Assembly (NCBI GenBank): GCA_028826165.1
Contig: JAPDFW010000106.1
Location: forward strand, 62,001-126,000
DNA: 64,000 nt
Source: Anaeramoeba ignava BMAN
Taxonomy: Eukaryota > Protista > Anaeramoebae
Direction of reading: 5' to 3'
Part shown: positions 10,985 to 25,535 of the stretch, piece by piece
Layout: the number at the start of each line of letters is the position of its first letter
How positions within the stretch are numbered: position 1 is the first letter of the stretch
Notes under the pieces: generated by a model
Database searches by the model: none
What the model was told of the DNA's origin: nothing
Seen by the model: the letters and a program-made list of their open reading frames with translations, nothing else
Made by a program: the position numbers and the translations under genes

Positions 10985-13900
10985 AAAATTTAAAATAAAA
11001 TTTATAAAAGAGAATTCTTATTTAATAATTAAAATAAATTTAAAAAAGAGATTTCTAACAATTTAACTTATTTTATCTTTAATAATTTTATTTTAAATAT
11101 TTTTGGAATTTGGATTGAATAATTGAAATAAATTTTAAATTAAATTTATAAAAGAGAATTCTTATTTAATAATTAAAATAAATTTAAAAAAGAGATTTCT
11201 AACAATTTAACTTATTTTATCTTTAATAATTTTATTTTAAAAATTTTTGGAATTTGAATTGAATAATTGAAATAAATTTAAATAAAATTTACAAAAGAGA
11301 ATTCTTATTTAATAATTAAAATAAATTTAAAAAAGAGATTTCTAACAATTTTATTTACTTTATCTTTAATAATTTTATTTTAAAAATTTTTGGAATTTGG
11401 ATTAAATAATTGAAATAAATTTAAATTAAATTTATAAAAGAGAATTCTTATTTAATAATTAAAATAAATTTAAAAAAGAGATTTCTAACAATTTAACTTA
11501 TTTTATCTTTAATAATTTTATTATAAATATTTTTGGAATTTAGATTGAATAATTGAAATAAAATTTAAATAAAATTTATAAAAGAGAATTCTTATTTAAT
11601 AATTGAAATAAATTTAAATTAAAGATTTCTAACAATTTAACTTATTTTATCTTTAATAATTTTATTTTAAATATTTTTGAAATTTAGATTGAATAATTGA
11701 AATAAATTTAAATTAAATTTATAAAAGAGAATTCTTATTTAATAATTAGAATAAATTTAAAAAAGAGATTTCTAACAATTTAACTTATTTTTATCTTTAA
11801 TAATTTTATTTTAAATATTTTTGAAATTTAGATTGAATAATTGAAATAAAATTTTAAATTAAATTTATAAAAAGAATTCTTATTTAATAATTAAAATAAA
11901 TTTAAAAAGAGATTTCTAACAATTTAACTTATTTTATCTTTAATAATTTTTATTTTAAATATTTTTGAAATTTAGATTGAATAATTGAAATAAATTTTAA
12001 ATAAAATTTATAAAAAGAGAATTCTTATTTAATAATTAGAATTAATTCAAATTAAAGATTTCTAACAATTTAACTTATTTTATCTTTAATTATTTTATTT
12101 TAAATATTTTTGGAATTTGAATTAAATAATTGAAATAAAATTTAAATAAAATTTATAAAAAGAGAATTCTTATTTAATAATTAGAATAAATTTAAAAAAG
12201 AGATTTCTAACAATTTAACTTATTTTATCTTTAATAATTTTATTTTAAATATTTTTGAAATTTAGATTGAATAATTGAAAAATTTTAAATTAAATTTATA
12301 AAAGAGAATTCTTATTTAATAATTAGAATAAATTTAAATTAAAGATTTCTAACAATTTAACTTATTTTATCTTTAATAATTTTATTTTAAATATTTTTGA
12401 ATTTAGATTGAATAATTGAAATAAAAATTAAATTAAATTTATAAAAGAGAATTCCTTATTTAATAATTAGAATAAATTTAAATTAAAAGATTTCTAACAA
12501 TTTAACTTATTTTATCTTTAATAATTTTATTTTAAATATTTTTGAAATTTAGATTGAATAATTGAAATAAAAATTAAATTAAATTTATAAAAGAGAATTC
12601 TTATTTAATAATTAGAATAAATTTAAATTAAAGATTTCTAACAATTTAACTTATTTTATCTTTAATAATTTTATTTTAAATATTTTTGAAATTTAAATTG
12701 AATAATTGAAATAAAATTTTAAATTAAATTTATAAAAGAGAATTCTTATTTAATAATTAAAAATAAATTTAAAAAGAGATTTCCTAACAATTTTATTTAT
12801 TTTATCTTTAATTATTTTATTTTAAATATTTCTAACAATTTAACTTATTTTATCTTTAATAATTTTATTTTAAATATTTTTGAAATTTAGATTAAATAAT
12901 TGAAAAATTTTAAATTAAATTTATAAAAGAGAATTCTTATTTAATAATTAAAAATAAATTTAAAAAGAGATTTCTAACAATTTTATTTATTTTATCTTTT
13001 AATTATTTTATTTTAAATATTTCTAACAATTTAACTTATTTTATCTTTAATAATTTTATTTTAAATATTTTTGAAATTTAGATTAAATAATTGAAAAAAA
13101 TTTTAAATTAAATTTATAAAAGAGAATTCTTATTTAATAATTAGAATAAATTTAAATTAAAGATTTCTAACAATTTAACTTATTTTATCTTTTAATAATT
13201 TTATTTTTAAATATTTTTGAAATTTAGATTAAATAATTGAAAAATTTTAAATTAAATTTATAAAAGAGAATTCTTATTTAATAATTAGAATAAATTTAAA
13301 TTAAAGATTTCTAACAATTTAACTTATTTTATCTTTAATAATTTTATTTTTAAATATTTTTGGAATTTAGATTAAATAATTGAAATAAAATTTAAATTAA
13401 AATTTATAAAAAGGAATTCTTATTTAATAATTAAAATAAATTTAAACAAAAGATTTCTAACAATTTAACTTATTTTATCTTTAATAATTTTAATTTAAAT
13501 ATTTTTGGAATTTAGATTGAATAATTGAAAAAAATTTAAAATAAATTTATAAAAGAGAATTTTTATTTAATAATTGAAATAAATTTAAAAAAGAGATTTC
13601 TAACAATTTAACTTATTTTATCTTTAATTATTTTATTTTAAATATTTTTGAAATTTAGATTAAATAATTGAAATAAAATTAAATTAAATTTATAAAAGAG
13701 AATTTTTATTTAATAATTAGAATAAATTTAAATAAAAGATTTCTAACAATTTAACTTATTTTATCTTTAATAATTTTATTTTAAATATTTTTGAAATTTA
13801 GATTGAATAATTGAAAAATTTAAAATAAATTTATAAAAAGAGAATTTTTATTTAATAATTGAAATAAATTTAAAAAGAGATTTCTAACAATTTAACTTAT

Positions 13901-14205
13901 TTTATCTTTAATAATTTTAATTTAAATATTTTTGGAATTTAGATTGAATAATTAAAAAAAATTTTAAATTAAATTTATAAAAGAGAATTTTTATTTAATA
14001 ATTAAAATAAATTTAAATAAAAGATTTCTAACAATTTAACTTATTTTATCTTTAATAATTTTATTTTAAATATTTTTGAAATTTAGATTGAATAATTGAA
14101 ATAAATTTTAAATAAAATTTATAAAAGAGAATTCTTATTTAATAATTAAAATTAATTTAAAAAGAGATTTCTAACAATTTAACTTATTTTATCTTTAATT
14201 ATTTT
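10985..14205. repeat. AT-rich tandem satellite, ~144-bp unit, ~22 copies
   Basis: Marker GAATT(C/T) at 11012, 11156, 11299, 11442, 11586, 11729, 11874 ... 13985, 14129. Two adjacent units of ~192 bp carry an internal ~47-bp duplication. Confidence 0.95.
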
Positions 14206-14351
14206 AACTTGCTAAACTCTTTATTTATCCTTTTTTTAAAATTAAAATTGAAATTGAAATTGAAATTGAAATTGAAAAGAAAAGAAAAAAGAAAAGAAAA
14301 GAAAAGAAAAATTATTTGGAAAATGAAATCTGTCTTGTTAAAAAAGAAAAA

Positions 14352-15789
14352 TTATTTCAAAGTTTTTCCATCAACGAAAGGATCTCCATTTAATTTTCCA
14401 TCCCAAGCAAGAAGATCTTCGAAATAAGATTTTTGTTCAGGATCAGAAAGATCAGCAAGAGTAAATTCATGACTTTCAGTATCATAGCATTCCAAAAGTT
14501 CTGCAGGTTTCTCAAGACCTCTAAAAACCCAAGCACCAATAATAGTGTATTTAGAATCTTTTCCAACAATGCAAAGACTTCCAAATCCATATTTTCGAAG
14601 TGATTCTAATCTTTGAACATATCCACTAGCCAAATTGCAAGCAAGAAAGTCTTTTGTCAAATCTTCAGGATATTTGTATTTTGAAAAGTAAATACAATAT
14701 CCTTTGGAATCAAAGTTCTCATAAAACCAAGGAAGTGCTTTTGTGCGTGTGTCAGAGTTTGAATAAACTCTTTTCCAATCTTCAAGTGAAAAGTCGCTTT
14801 TTGGAAGCAAATCAAGTGGGTTTTGTTTTTTCTTTGGTTTTTCAGTTTCTTCTTCTTTCTTCTCTTCTTCTTTTTTCTCTTCTTCTTTCTTTGGTTGTTG
14901 TTTTTTCTGTTGAGGTTGTTTTTTCTTTTGTTGTTGTTGTTTTGGTTGTTTTGGTTGTTGTTGTGGTCTTGGTTCTTTGTCTAAAATTTGGAATTCTCCA
15001 AAAAATTTGACCATTTCAGGTTGATTAATGATTGTTTTGTACCATCTGATTAAGTTTTCGAACATTTTAATAAATTGTTCCCAGAAAAGCTATTCAAAAT
15101 AATTTTAATCAAAATGATTTTAATTTTGAAATTTTTTGAAAAAACATGAAATGAATAAAAATTATTATAAAAATTTGAAAAAACATGAAATGAATGAAAA
15201 TTCTCAAATAAAAAAATATATATACAAATTTGAAACAAGGATAAAGAGAAGAAGCAACAACAACATCAGCAACTGAGAGTGTTTCACCAACTAAATAGGT
15301 TCTAGTTTTCAAATATTCATTAAGAATCAATAAAACACTTCGAACATTTGATTTTGCAACTTGGATTGCTTGTTTATTGTAACTTGTTTCTCCTGTAATT
15401 CCTTGATACCAAGGAAGAATTGGAATATCAATTTTGGTTTTGGCAATGTGACACCATTGTTCTAATTGAATTTGTTCAAATCTTGTTGTTGGATAAATTG
15501 GATTCTCCTTTTGTGAACAAAGATAAGTAATGATTCCATATTCTTCAAAAATTGTTCCTTTTTCTGTTTCAAGAACTGGTAAATCTCCAAATGGACTTTT
15601 TGCTGCAAACTATTTATTTTTAATTTTTTAAATTAATTTTAATTTTATAATTTTTAATTTTTAATTTACTTCTGGTTGTTTTGCTAATTCAACATTTTCA
15701 TTAAGTTCAAGAGAAATTTGTAAAAATTCTGCAATTGCTAAAATCTTTTTAACTGATAAATCTTTTGAATCGTAATAAAGAGTTTGCAT
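14352..15789 (-). CDS. EEF1G: Elongation factor 1B gamma (GST-like N-terminus + EF1G C-domain), 3 exons
   Basis: Exons 15789..15670, 15609..15226, 15089..14352 with GT-AG introns. Motifs SPFGDLPVLET, RTYLVGETLSVAD, LEDWKRVYSNSDTR, WVFRG. Possible 5'UTR intron 15801..15862. Confidence 0.95.
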
Positions 15790-16094
15790 GTTTTTGTTTA
15801 CTAAAAATATAAAAATATATAAATAAATTTAAAATTTAATAATTTAATTAATAAATTTTTACTTTCTATCTTTTTCTAAATTAAAAGAAAAAAAAATGAA
15901 AAAAAAAAAGAAAAAAAAAATTTTTTTTATTTTAATTATTTTAAATTACGTGTAGATGAATAATTTTTATAAAAAATTAAATAATTTTGATGTTTTTTTA
16001 TTGATTATTTTATTTAAAAAGAAAAAAAAAGAAAATTCATAATTGATTTTAAATTGATTTTGATTTTGATTTTAATTTTAATTTTGATTTTGAT

Positions 16095-19000
16095 TTAATT
16101 ATCATCATCTTCTTTATCCATATCAACTTCATCAGGTTCATTATCAAATTTTGGAGCCAAAAAATAACGAATATTACCAAGTTCAGGAATTTCAAATTCA
16201 GCAACAAGAGGTGAATTATGACTTAAATTTAATCTAACAATTTCACAAAGTGGAACAGCTTTTGCGAAAAAATTAAGATATTTAAAAGTGAAACCAGCTT
16301 CAACTTTTTCATCAGATTCAATAACTATTTTTGAATTACCATCAATTGAGTTATCTTGTTTTAATGATGAATTAACTGATCCAATTTCACCTGTTGATGA
16401 AAATGTAATTTTTCCTTGATCAACTATTATTTTTACTGTTTCACCCATAATTGCTAAATCTCGACAAATTCTTTGATATTCTGCTGCTGGCATTTGGATT
16501 GTTGCTGCATATTTTGAATCTGGTACAACAAATGAATCTCCAATAATATTCACAAGTTTCATATTAAATTCAGACATAATTGTTTCCTCTATTAGAAATA
16601 GATTTATATTTAGATTTATATTTATAATTAGATTTATATTTATAATTATAATTATATTTATAATTAGATTTATATTTATATTTATAATTATATTTAGATT
16701 TATATTTATAATTATATTTAGATTTATATTTATAATTATAATTAGATTTATATTTATATTTATAATTATAATTAGATTTATATTTATATTTAGATTTATA
16801 ATTAGATTTATAAATAGATTTATAATTAGATTTATAAATAGATTTATAATTAGATTTATAATTAGATTTATAATTAGATTTATAATTAGATTTATAATTA
16901 GATTTATAATTAGATTTATAAATAGATTTATATTTATATTTATAATTAGATTTATATTTATAATTAGATTTATATTTATAATTAGATTTATAATTAGATT
17001 TATAATTATATTTATAATTATATTTATATTTATATTTATATTTATATTTATATTTATAATTTATATTTATATTTATATTTATATTTATATTTATATTTAT
17101 ATTTATATTTAGATTTATATTTATATTTATATTTTATATTTATAATTAGATTTATATTTATAAATTAGATTTATAATTAGATTTATAAATAGATTTATAA
17201 ATAGATTTATATTTATAATTATATTTAAATTTATATTTATATTTATATTTATATTTATATTTTATAATTAGATTTATAATTAGATTTATAATTAGATTTT
17301 AATTAGATTTATATTTAGATTTATAATTAGATTTATAATTAGATTTATATTTATATTTTATAAATAGATTTATAATTAGATTTATAATTAGATTTATAAT
17401 TAGATTTATAATTAGATTTATAATTATTTATTTATAATTTAGATTTATATTTAGATTTATAATTAGATTTATAATTAGATTTATAATTAGATTTATAAAT
17501 AGATTTATAAATAGATTTATAATTAGATTTATAATTAGATTTATAATTAGATTTATATTTAGATTTATATTTATATTTATAATTACATTTATATTTTATA
17601 TTTAGATTTATATTTATAATTATAATTAGATTTATAATTAGATTTATAATTATATTTTATAATATTATATTTATATTTATATTTATATTTATATTTATAA
17701 TTATATTTATAATTAGATTTATATTTAGATTTATAATTTAGATTTATATTTATAATTTATTTATATTTAGATTTATAATTAGATTTTATAATTAGATTTA
17801 TTTATATAATTAGATTTATAATTATATTTTATATTTAGATTTATAATTAGATTTATAATTATAATTATAATTAGATTTATATTTATAATTATAATTAGAT
17901 TTATATTTATATTTATAATTAGATTTATATTTATATTTATAATTAGATTTATAATTAGATTTATAATTAGATTTATATTTATATTTATATTTATAATTAT
18001 ATTTATAATTATATTTATATTTATATTAATATTTATATTTATATTTATATTTATAATTAGATTTATATTTAGATTTTATAATTAGATTTTATAATTAGAT
18101 TTATAATTAGATTTATAATTATATTTATAATTTATTTATAATTAGATTTATAATTATATTTATAATTATATTTATAATTAGATTTATAATTAGATTTATA
18201 TTTATAATTATATTTATAATTAGATTTGTAATTAGATTTATATTTATAAATAGATTTATAATTATATTTAGATTTATATTTATAATTAGATTTATATTTA
18301 TAATTATAATTATAATTATAATTATATTTATAATTATATTTAGAATTAGATTTATAAATAGATTTATAAATAGATTTATAATTATATTTAGAATTATATT
18401 TATATTTATATTTATAATTAGATTTATATTTAGATTTATATTTATATTTATATTTATATTTATATTTATATTTATATTTATATTTTATTTATAATTATAT
18501 TTATATTTATATTTATATTTATATTTATATTTAGATTTGTAATTAAATTTATAATTAGATTTATAATTAGATTTATAATTAGATTTATATTTATATTTAT
18601 ATTTAGATTTAGATTTATAATTATATTTATAAATATATTTATATTTATATTTATATTTAGATTTATATTTATATTTATAAATAGATTTATAAATAGATTT
18701 ATATTTATAATTAGATTTATATTTATATTTATAATTAGATTTATATTTATATTTATAAATAGATTTATATTTATAAATAGATTTATATTTATAATTATAT
18801 TTATAATTATATTTATATTTATATTAATATTTATATTTATATTTTAGATTTATATTTAGATTTATATTTATATTTATAATTATATTTATATTTATATTTA
18901 TATTTATATTTATAATTATATTTATAATTATATTTATAATTAGATTTATAATTAGATTTATAATTAGATTTATATTTATAATTAGATTTATATTTATAAT

Positions 19001-19699
19001 TATAATTATAAATATAATTAGATTTATAATTATATTTATAATTATATTTATAATTATATTTAGATTTATATTTATATTTTAGAATAGAGATTTATATTTA
19101 TATTTATATTTATATTTATATTTATAATTAGATTTATAATTATATTTATAATTAGATTTATATTTATAATTAGATTTATATTTATAATTAAATTTATAAT
19201 TAAATTTATAATTAGATTTATATTTATAATTAGATTTATATTTAGATTTATATTTAGATTTATATTTATATTTATATTTATATTTATATTTATAATTTAT
19301 ATTTATATTTAGATTTAGATTTATAATTAGATTTATAATTAGATTTATAATTTAAATGGAATAATCCAAAAAAAAATTACCAGGATTAGATAACAAAATG
19401 CCTAAAGAATCTGAAGATTGGTCAGCTTTCAAAGTGATAGTAGTATTATTACCAACTCTTTTTAAAATTTTGGAGAAAGATTCAATATGAATACCTAAAC
19501 TCAAATTTTTAGGACATTCATAAACTTCAAAACCTGATGCTTTTAATTCAAAAGAAACTAAACTAATATGTGATTGATCCATTGCTTGCATTTCAATTCC
19601 AGTTTTACTGCAATCAAGTGTGCAATCCACAACTAAATCCTTAATTGCATCAATAAGTTTTTTAAATAATTGTGCGTTTGTTAATTTTGCTTTGAACAT
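16095..19699 (-). CDS. PCNA: Proliferating cell nuclear antigen, 2 exons separated by a 2792-nt repeat-filled intron
   Basis: Exon 1 19699..19381 (QAMDQSHISLV), intron 16589..19380 GT-AG phase 1, exon 2 16588..16095 (YQRICRDL, IRYFLAPK). Confidence 0.97.
16600..19350. repeat. Intronic minisatellite of 12-mer TAGATTTATAAT mixed with 6-mer TTTATA
   Basis: Directly visible; fills almost the whole PCNA intron. Confidence 0.95.
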
Positions 19700-19859
19700 T
19701 TTTGTTTTGATGTTTTTTTTTTGTTTTTGATGTTTGTTTTTAAAGTAAAGAGAAAATAAATTGGGAAAAAAATATTTAATCCAAAAAAAAAAATGGAATT
19801 TAAATTTTTAATTTTAATTTGATTTTTAACTTAATTTTTAATTTAATTTTTAATTTAAT

Positions 19860-19975
19860 TTTTAACGGTTTTTTTATTTTAAAAATAAACGGTTATTTTT
19901 ATTTTAATTTTTCTTCTTTTTATTTATTTAAAAAAATTGCGAAAAATAAAAATAAAAATAAAAATTGCGAAAAAA
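19860..19975. promoter_or_regulatory. Bidirectional PCNA / PP2A-A promoter with 2x AACGGTT (MYB/MSA-like) and 2x TTGCGAAAAA (E2F/SCB-like)
   Basis: TAACGGTT 19863-19870, AAACGGTTA 19887-19895, TTGCGAAAAA 19937-19946 and 19965-19974 in an otherwise almost GC-free spacer. Confidence 0.45.
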
Positions 19976-20066
19976 TTTAATTTTCGATTTTTGATCATTT
20001 CAAAATTTAAATTTAAATTTCTTTTTTTCATTTTTTTTTTTCCATTTTAAATTTTCTTAAATTTTA

Positions 20067-23000
20067 ATGTGTAAGTTGACCCATTTTAAATCATTTCAAT
20101 TTAATCTTTTTTTAATTTTATCTATTTTTATAAAATAGCATTTCAAGAACAAATTACAACTAAAATTGAAACAAAAGAAAACAAACTTGAAAAAAATACA
20201 GAAATAAAAAATCAAATTGAAAATCAAAATCAAAATCAAAATTTAAATCAAAATCAAATTGAAAATTTAAATCAAATTGAAAATTTAAATTTAAATTTAA
20301 ATCAAAATCAAATTGAAAATCAAAATTTAAATCAAAATCAAAATCAAATTGAAAATTTAAATCAAAATCAAAATCAAATTGAAAATTTAAATCAAATTCA
20401 AAATCAAAATCAAAATCAAATTGAAAATTTAAATCAAAATCAAAATCAAATTGAAAATTTAAATCAAAATCAAAATCAAAATTTAAATCAAAATCAAATT
20501 GAAAATCAAAATTTAAATCAAAATCAAAATCAAAATCAAAATCAAATTGAAAATTTAAATCAAAATCAAAATCAAATTGAAAATTTAAATCAAATTGAAA
20601 ATCAAAATCAAAATCAAAATCAAAATCAAAATCAAAATCAAAATCAAAATCAAAATCAAAATCAAAATCAAAATCAAAATCAAATTCAAAATCAAAATCA
20701 AAATCAAAATCAAAATCAAAATCAAAATCAAAATCAAAATCAAAATCAAAATTTAAATCAAATTGAAAATTTAAATCAAATTGAAAATTTAAATCAAATT
20801 GAAAATTTAAATCAAATTGAAAATTTAAATCAAAATCAAATTGAAAATTTAAATCAAAATCAAAATCAAAATCAAAATCAAAATCAAAATCAAAATCAAA
20901 ATCAAAATCAAAATCAAATTGAAAATTTAAATCAAAATCAAAATCAAATTGAAAATTTAAATCAAATTCAAAATCAAAATCAAAATCAAATTGAAAATGA
21001 AAATGAAAATTTAAATCAAAATCAAAATCAAAATCAAATTGAAAATCAAAATTTAAATCAAATTGAAAATCAAAATCAAATTGAAAATCAAATTGAAAAT
21101 CAAAATCAAAATCAAAATCAAAATCAAAATGAAAATGAAAATGAAAATGAAAATGAAAATGAAAATAGAAAGGAAAAACAATTATTAAAAGAAGCAGTTA
21201 ATTTGATTGAAGGATTAACAAATTTTGATTTAAAAGCAAGAATAATTTCGTTTAAACAAATTTGGAAAATTTCCAAAATAATTGGCGAAGATCGAACAAA
21301 AAAAGAATTGATAGTTTTTTTAAATGGTAAAAAAATGACTTTTTATTTTGAAGAAAATGATTGAAAGTAAAAACAATTTTTTCAATTTGAATATTATGAA
21401 TTATTTTAAAATTTGCAAAATAATAAGCATGTAAAGATGAAGAAGATGAAATACTTCGAGTAATTGGTGAACAATTAGTTCAATTTATCCCATTAATTGG
21501 AGGATATGAATACTTTGATTGTATGTTGGAAATTGTTGATTATCTATTATCACATGAAGATCAAAAATCAAGGGAAAATGTATTCTATTTTAAAATTGAT
21601 TTAAAATTGATATAAAATTGATATAAAATTGATTTAAAATTGATATAAAATTGATATAAAATTGATTTAAAATTAATTTAAAATTAATATAAAATTGATA
21701 TAAAATTGATTTAAAATTAATTTAAATTTGATATAAAATTGATATAAAATTAATATAAAATTGATTTAAAATTAATTTAAAATTAATATAAAATTGATAT
21801 AAAATTAATATAAAATTGATATAAAATTGATATAAAATTGATATAAAATTGATATAAAATTGATATAAAATTAATATAAAATTGATATAAAATTAATTTT
21901 AAAATTGATATAAAATTGATAAAAAATATAAAATTGATATAAAATTGATTTAAAATTGATTTAAAATTGATATATAAAATTGATTTAAAATTGATATAAA
22001 ATTGATATAAAATTGATATAAAAATTGATATAAAATTAATTTAAAATTGATATAAAATTAATTTAAAATTGATATAAAATTAATATAAAATTGATATAAA
22101 ATTGATTTAAAATTGATATAAAATTAATTTAAAATTGATTTAAAATTGATATAAAATTGATTTAAAATTAATTTTAAAATTAATATAAAATTGATTTAAA
22201 ATTGATATAAAATTAATATAAAATTAATTTAAAATTGATATAAAATTGATTTAAAATTTATTTTTAAAATTGATATAGAATTGATATAAAATTGATATAA
22301 AATTAATATAAAATTGATTTAAAATTGATATAAAATTGATATAAAATTAATATAAAATTGATTTTAAAATTGATATAAAATTGATATAAAATTGATTTAA
22401 AATTGATATAAAATTGATATAAAATTAATTTAAAATTGATTTAAAATTGATATAAAATTGATTTAAAATTAATTTAAAATTAATATAAAATTAATATAAA
22501 ATTGATATAAAATTGATTTAAATTTGATTAAAATTGATATAAAATTGATTAAAATTGATTTAAAATTGATTTAAAATTGATTTAAAATTAATATAAAAAT
22601 TTTAAAATTGATTTAAAATTAATATAAAATTAATATAAAATTGATATAAAAATTAATATAAAATTAATATGATATAAAATTGATAAAAAAATTAATATAA
22701 AATTAATATAAAATTAATATAAAATTGATATAAAATTGATTTAAAATTAATATAAAATTTATAAAATTGATATAAAATTGATTTAAAATTAATTTAAAAT
22801 TAATATAAAATTGATATAAAATTAATATAAAATTGATATAAAATTGATTTAAAATTGATATAAAATTAATTTAAAATTGATTTAAAATTGATATAAAATT
22901 GATTTAAAATTGATATAAAATTGATATAAAATTAATATAAAATTAATTTAAAATTAATTTAAAATTGATTTAAAATTGATTTAAAATTTATTTAAAATTA

Positions 23001-25193
23001 ATATAAAATTGATTTAAAATTGATTTAAAATTGATATAAATTTGATTTAAAATTGATATAAATAGTGCATTCAATCACTTATAAAAATATCAGAAGGAAT
23101 GAACCAAAAACAAATTCAAAACACAATTTATCCTCTTGTTATGAAATTAGCAACAAGTCCCTGTTTTATTCAAAGATCTTCCTCTTGTTTTTTATTTTCA
23201 TCACTTTATCCAAAATGTGATGAAAATTTTCAAAATGAAATCCAAAAGTAATTTTATTTTAAATATAAAATTAATATATTTTTTTTTGAATAAAAAAAAC
23301 CAAATTTGAATTCTAGAATTGTATGCAAATTATTCACAGATTCAGAAATTTTTGTTCGTCGATCAATTTCCTTTTGTTTATCTGTAAAAAAATTAAAAAA
23401 AATCAAATTAGAAAAAAATTAAATTAAAAAAAATTAAATAAAATAAAAGGATATTATAAAATATATTCAAAAAGATTCTATAATCAAGAATATCGTCAAT
23501 TCCCTTCAAAATTTAAGCAAAGATGAACAAGATTGTGTTAGATTATCATCTTCAAAAACTTGTGTTGAAATTTCCAAAAAATTCACTATTCAAGAAAGAA
23601 TTGAATTGATTCTTCCAATATTTAAAGAATTAATGATAGATAAATCATGGAGAGTCAGATATTCAGTTTCAAGCAATATTGTTAAAGTGATTTTATAACT
23701 TATTTTCATAATCTTTTTTTTTTTTAGAAAATAATTGAAAAATAATTGATAATTTTTTTGATCATTATAAATCTCGATCATTCAATAGTTTTCAAAACTT
23801 TTAGAAGCAGAAATTATTAAAGAACATTTGCTCAATCGATATATTAATCTCTTGAAGGATCCAGAACCAGAAGTTCGTGCAAAATCTGCATCAAAAATTT
23901 CCAAATTTTGTGTTCATTTGAAAAATTATCAAGAAATTATTTCAGGAGAAATTATTGAAATTGCTTCTAAGCTTGTAAACGATTCATCCAAGATTGTGAA
24001 ATGTAGAATATTTATATCAACTTGGGAATTAGACTCCCAAAAAAAGAAAAACACAAATCAAACCAAAAATTAAAAATGAAAAAAAAACATTTTAAATGAA
24101 TTTAAAAAATTTAGGCTCATTTGCATCCTCAATAACAGGATTAGCGCCATTGATCGGAGAAGAACAATCGAAATCTAAGCTGATTCCATTAGTATTGAAT
24201 TTACTATCTGAATTTAATTCGGAAGTGAAACTTAATATCATTTCCAATTTGGAAAGTTTAACTTCAGTTGTTGGTGTTTCAATTATTTCAGAATCAATTT
24301 TAACTGCTTTAAATCAACTTTCTTGCGACCAAGTTTGGAGAAATCGATTGGAAATTGTGACTTTAATTCCTGAAATTGCTAAATCTCTTGTAGATATTTA
24401 ATTTATTTTTAAAATTGTTTACAAAAAAATTTTTTGGAATGATTTGGAATTAATTTATTTAAATTTATTTGAATTGATTTGATCACTTTAATATTTAAAA
24501 TTTGGATTTGAATTTATTTCAATTTATTTAAATATGATCGTTTTGTTTTATTTAGGGTAAGGAAATATTTAATGAGTCATTAATTCCTTTGTGTGATTTA
24601 TGGTTAAAAGATACTGTTCATACAATAAGAGAAACTGCTGCTCAAAGTTTATGTGATGTGGCAAAATTATTTGGTTCTGAATGGACTCAACAATTCCTTT
24701 TTCCAAAAGTTTCTCAACTTCTTGTTGATAAAAGTTATCTTCTTAGACAAATTTCTTTATATACTTTAATGGTAAATAAATTTTCAAAATTACATGAAAT
24801 TATTTAAAAATTTTCCAAAAATATCCAATAACATGAAATGCAAAAAAAAAAAATACAAAATTATTAAGCTCTTGGCTAAATTTATTGAATCTGGAAATTT
24901 TCAGAAAGAAATTCTTTCTAAAATGATTCAACTTGGAGCTGATCCCATTCCTAATGTTAGGTTTTATTTGGCAAAGATATTAACAGAATTACAGTCATCA
25001 CTTGATTCAAAATCAATTGACAATTATATTGAACCATGTTTATTAAAACTAAAATTAGATAAAGATAAAGATGTTCAATTTTTTGCTAACCAAACTTTAA
25101 AAAAAATTCAAAGTATTATTATAATTTTAATTTTATAATTTTAATTAATTTTTAATTTTTAATTTTTATTTAGATCGTAAAAGAAAAAAATAG
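20067..25193 (+). CDS. PPP2R1A: Protein phosphatase 2A scaffold (A/PR65) HEAT-repeat subunit with ~320-aa N-terminal N/Q tract, ~11 exons
   Basis: GT-AG introns 20071-20138, 21327-21427, 21580-23065, 23248-23316, 23384-23449, 23687-23788, 24003-24114, 24390-24555, 24772-24868, 25113-25173 give a continuous frame. Hallmark motifs DEQDCVR, DKSWRVRY, DPEPEVR, WLKDTVHTIRE, DPIPNVRF, DKDVQFFA. Confidence 0.9.
21590..23060. repeat. Intronic 11-bp minisatellite AAAATT(G/A)AT(A/T)T
   Basis: Directly visible; fills the 1486-nt PP2A-A intron. Confidence 0.95.
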
Positions 25194-25535
25194 AAATTTA
25201 TTCAATTAATTAATAAGAAAGAAAACATTAAAGTTTTAAATTCATTTGTTTGCTTTTGATTTTTAAAAAAAATTTTTTTTTTTTCTGAATAAGATCTTTA
25301 TTCTTTTTTTTTTAATAAGATTTGCTAAAAAAAAACAAAAGAAAAAAAAATTTTTTGTTTTAACAAAATTTTTTATTAAAAAAAAAAAAGAAAATAAGAT
25401 TTGAAGTTAATTAAAATAAAGGAAAATAAATTATTTTGTTTTTCATATAAAGATTTGAATTGAAAAACAAAATTGAAAAAGAAACTTTGATTGTTTAAAT
25501 AATTAAAGTACTAACTAATGAAATTAATTTGATTT

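Noticed and set aside
2500-14205. Regularly spaced repeats as a CRISPR array
   Set aside because: Whole units repeat with no unique spacers; no cas genes; eukaryotic context.
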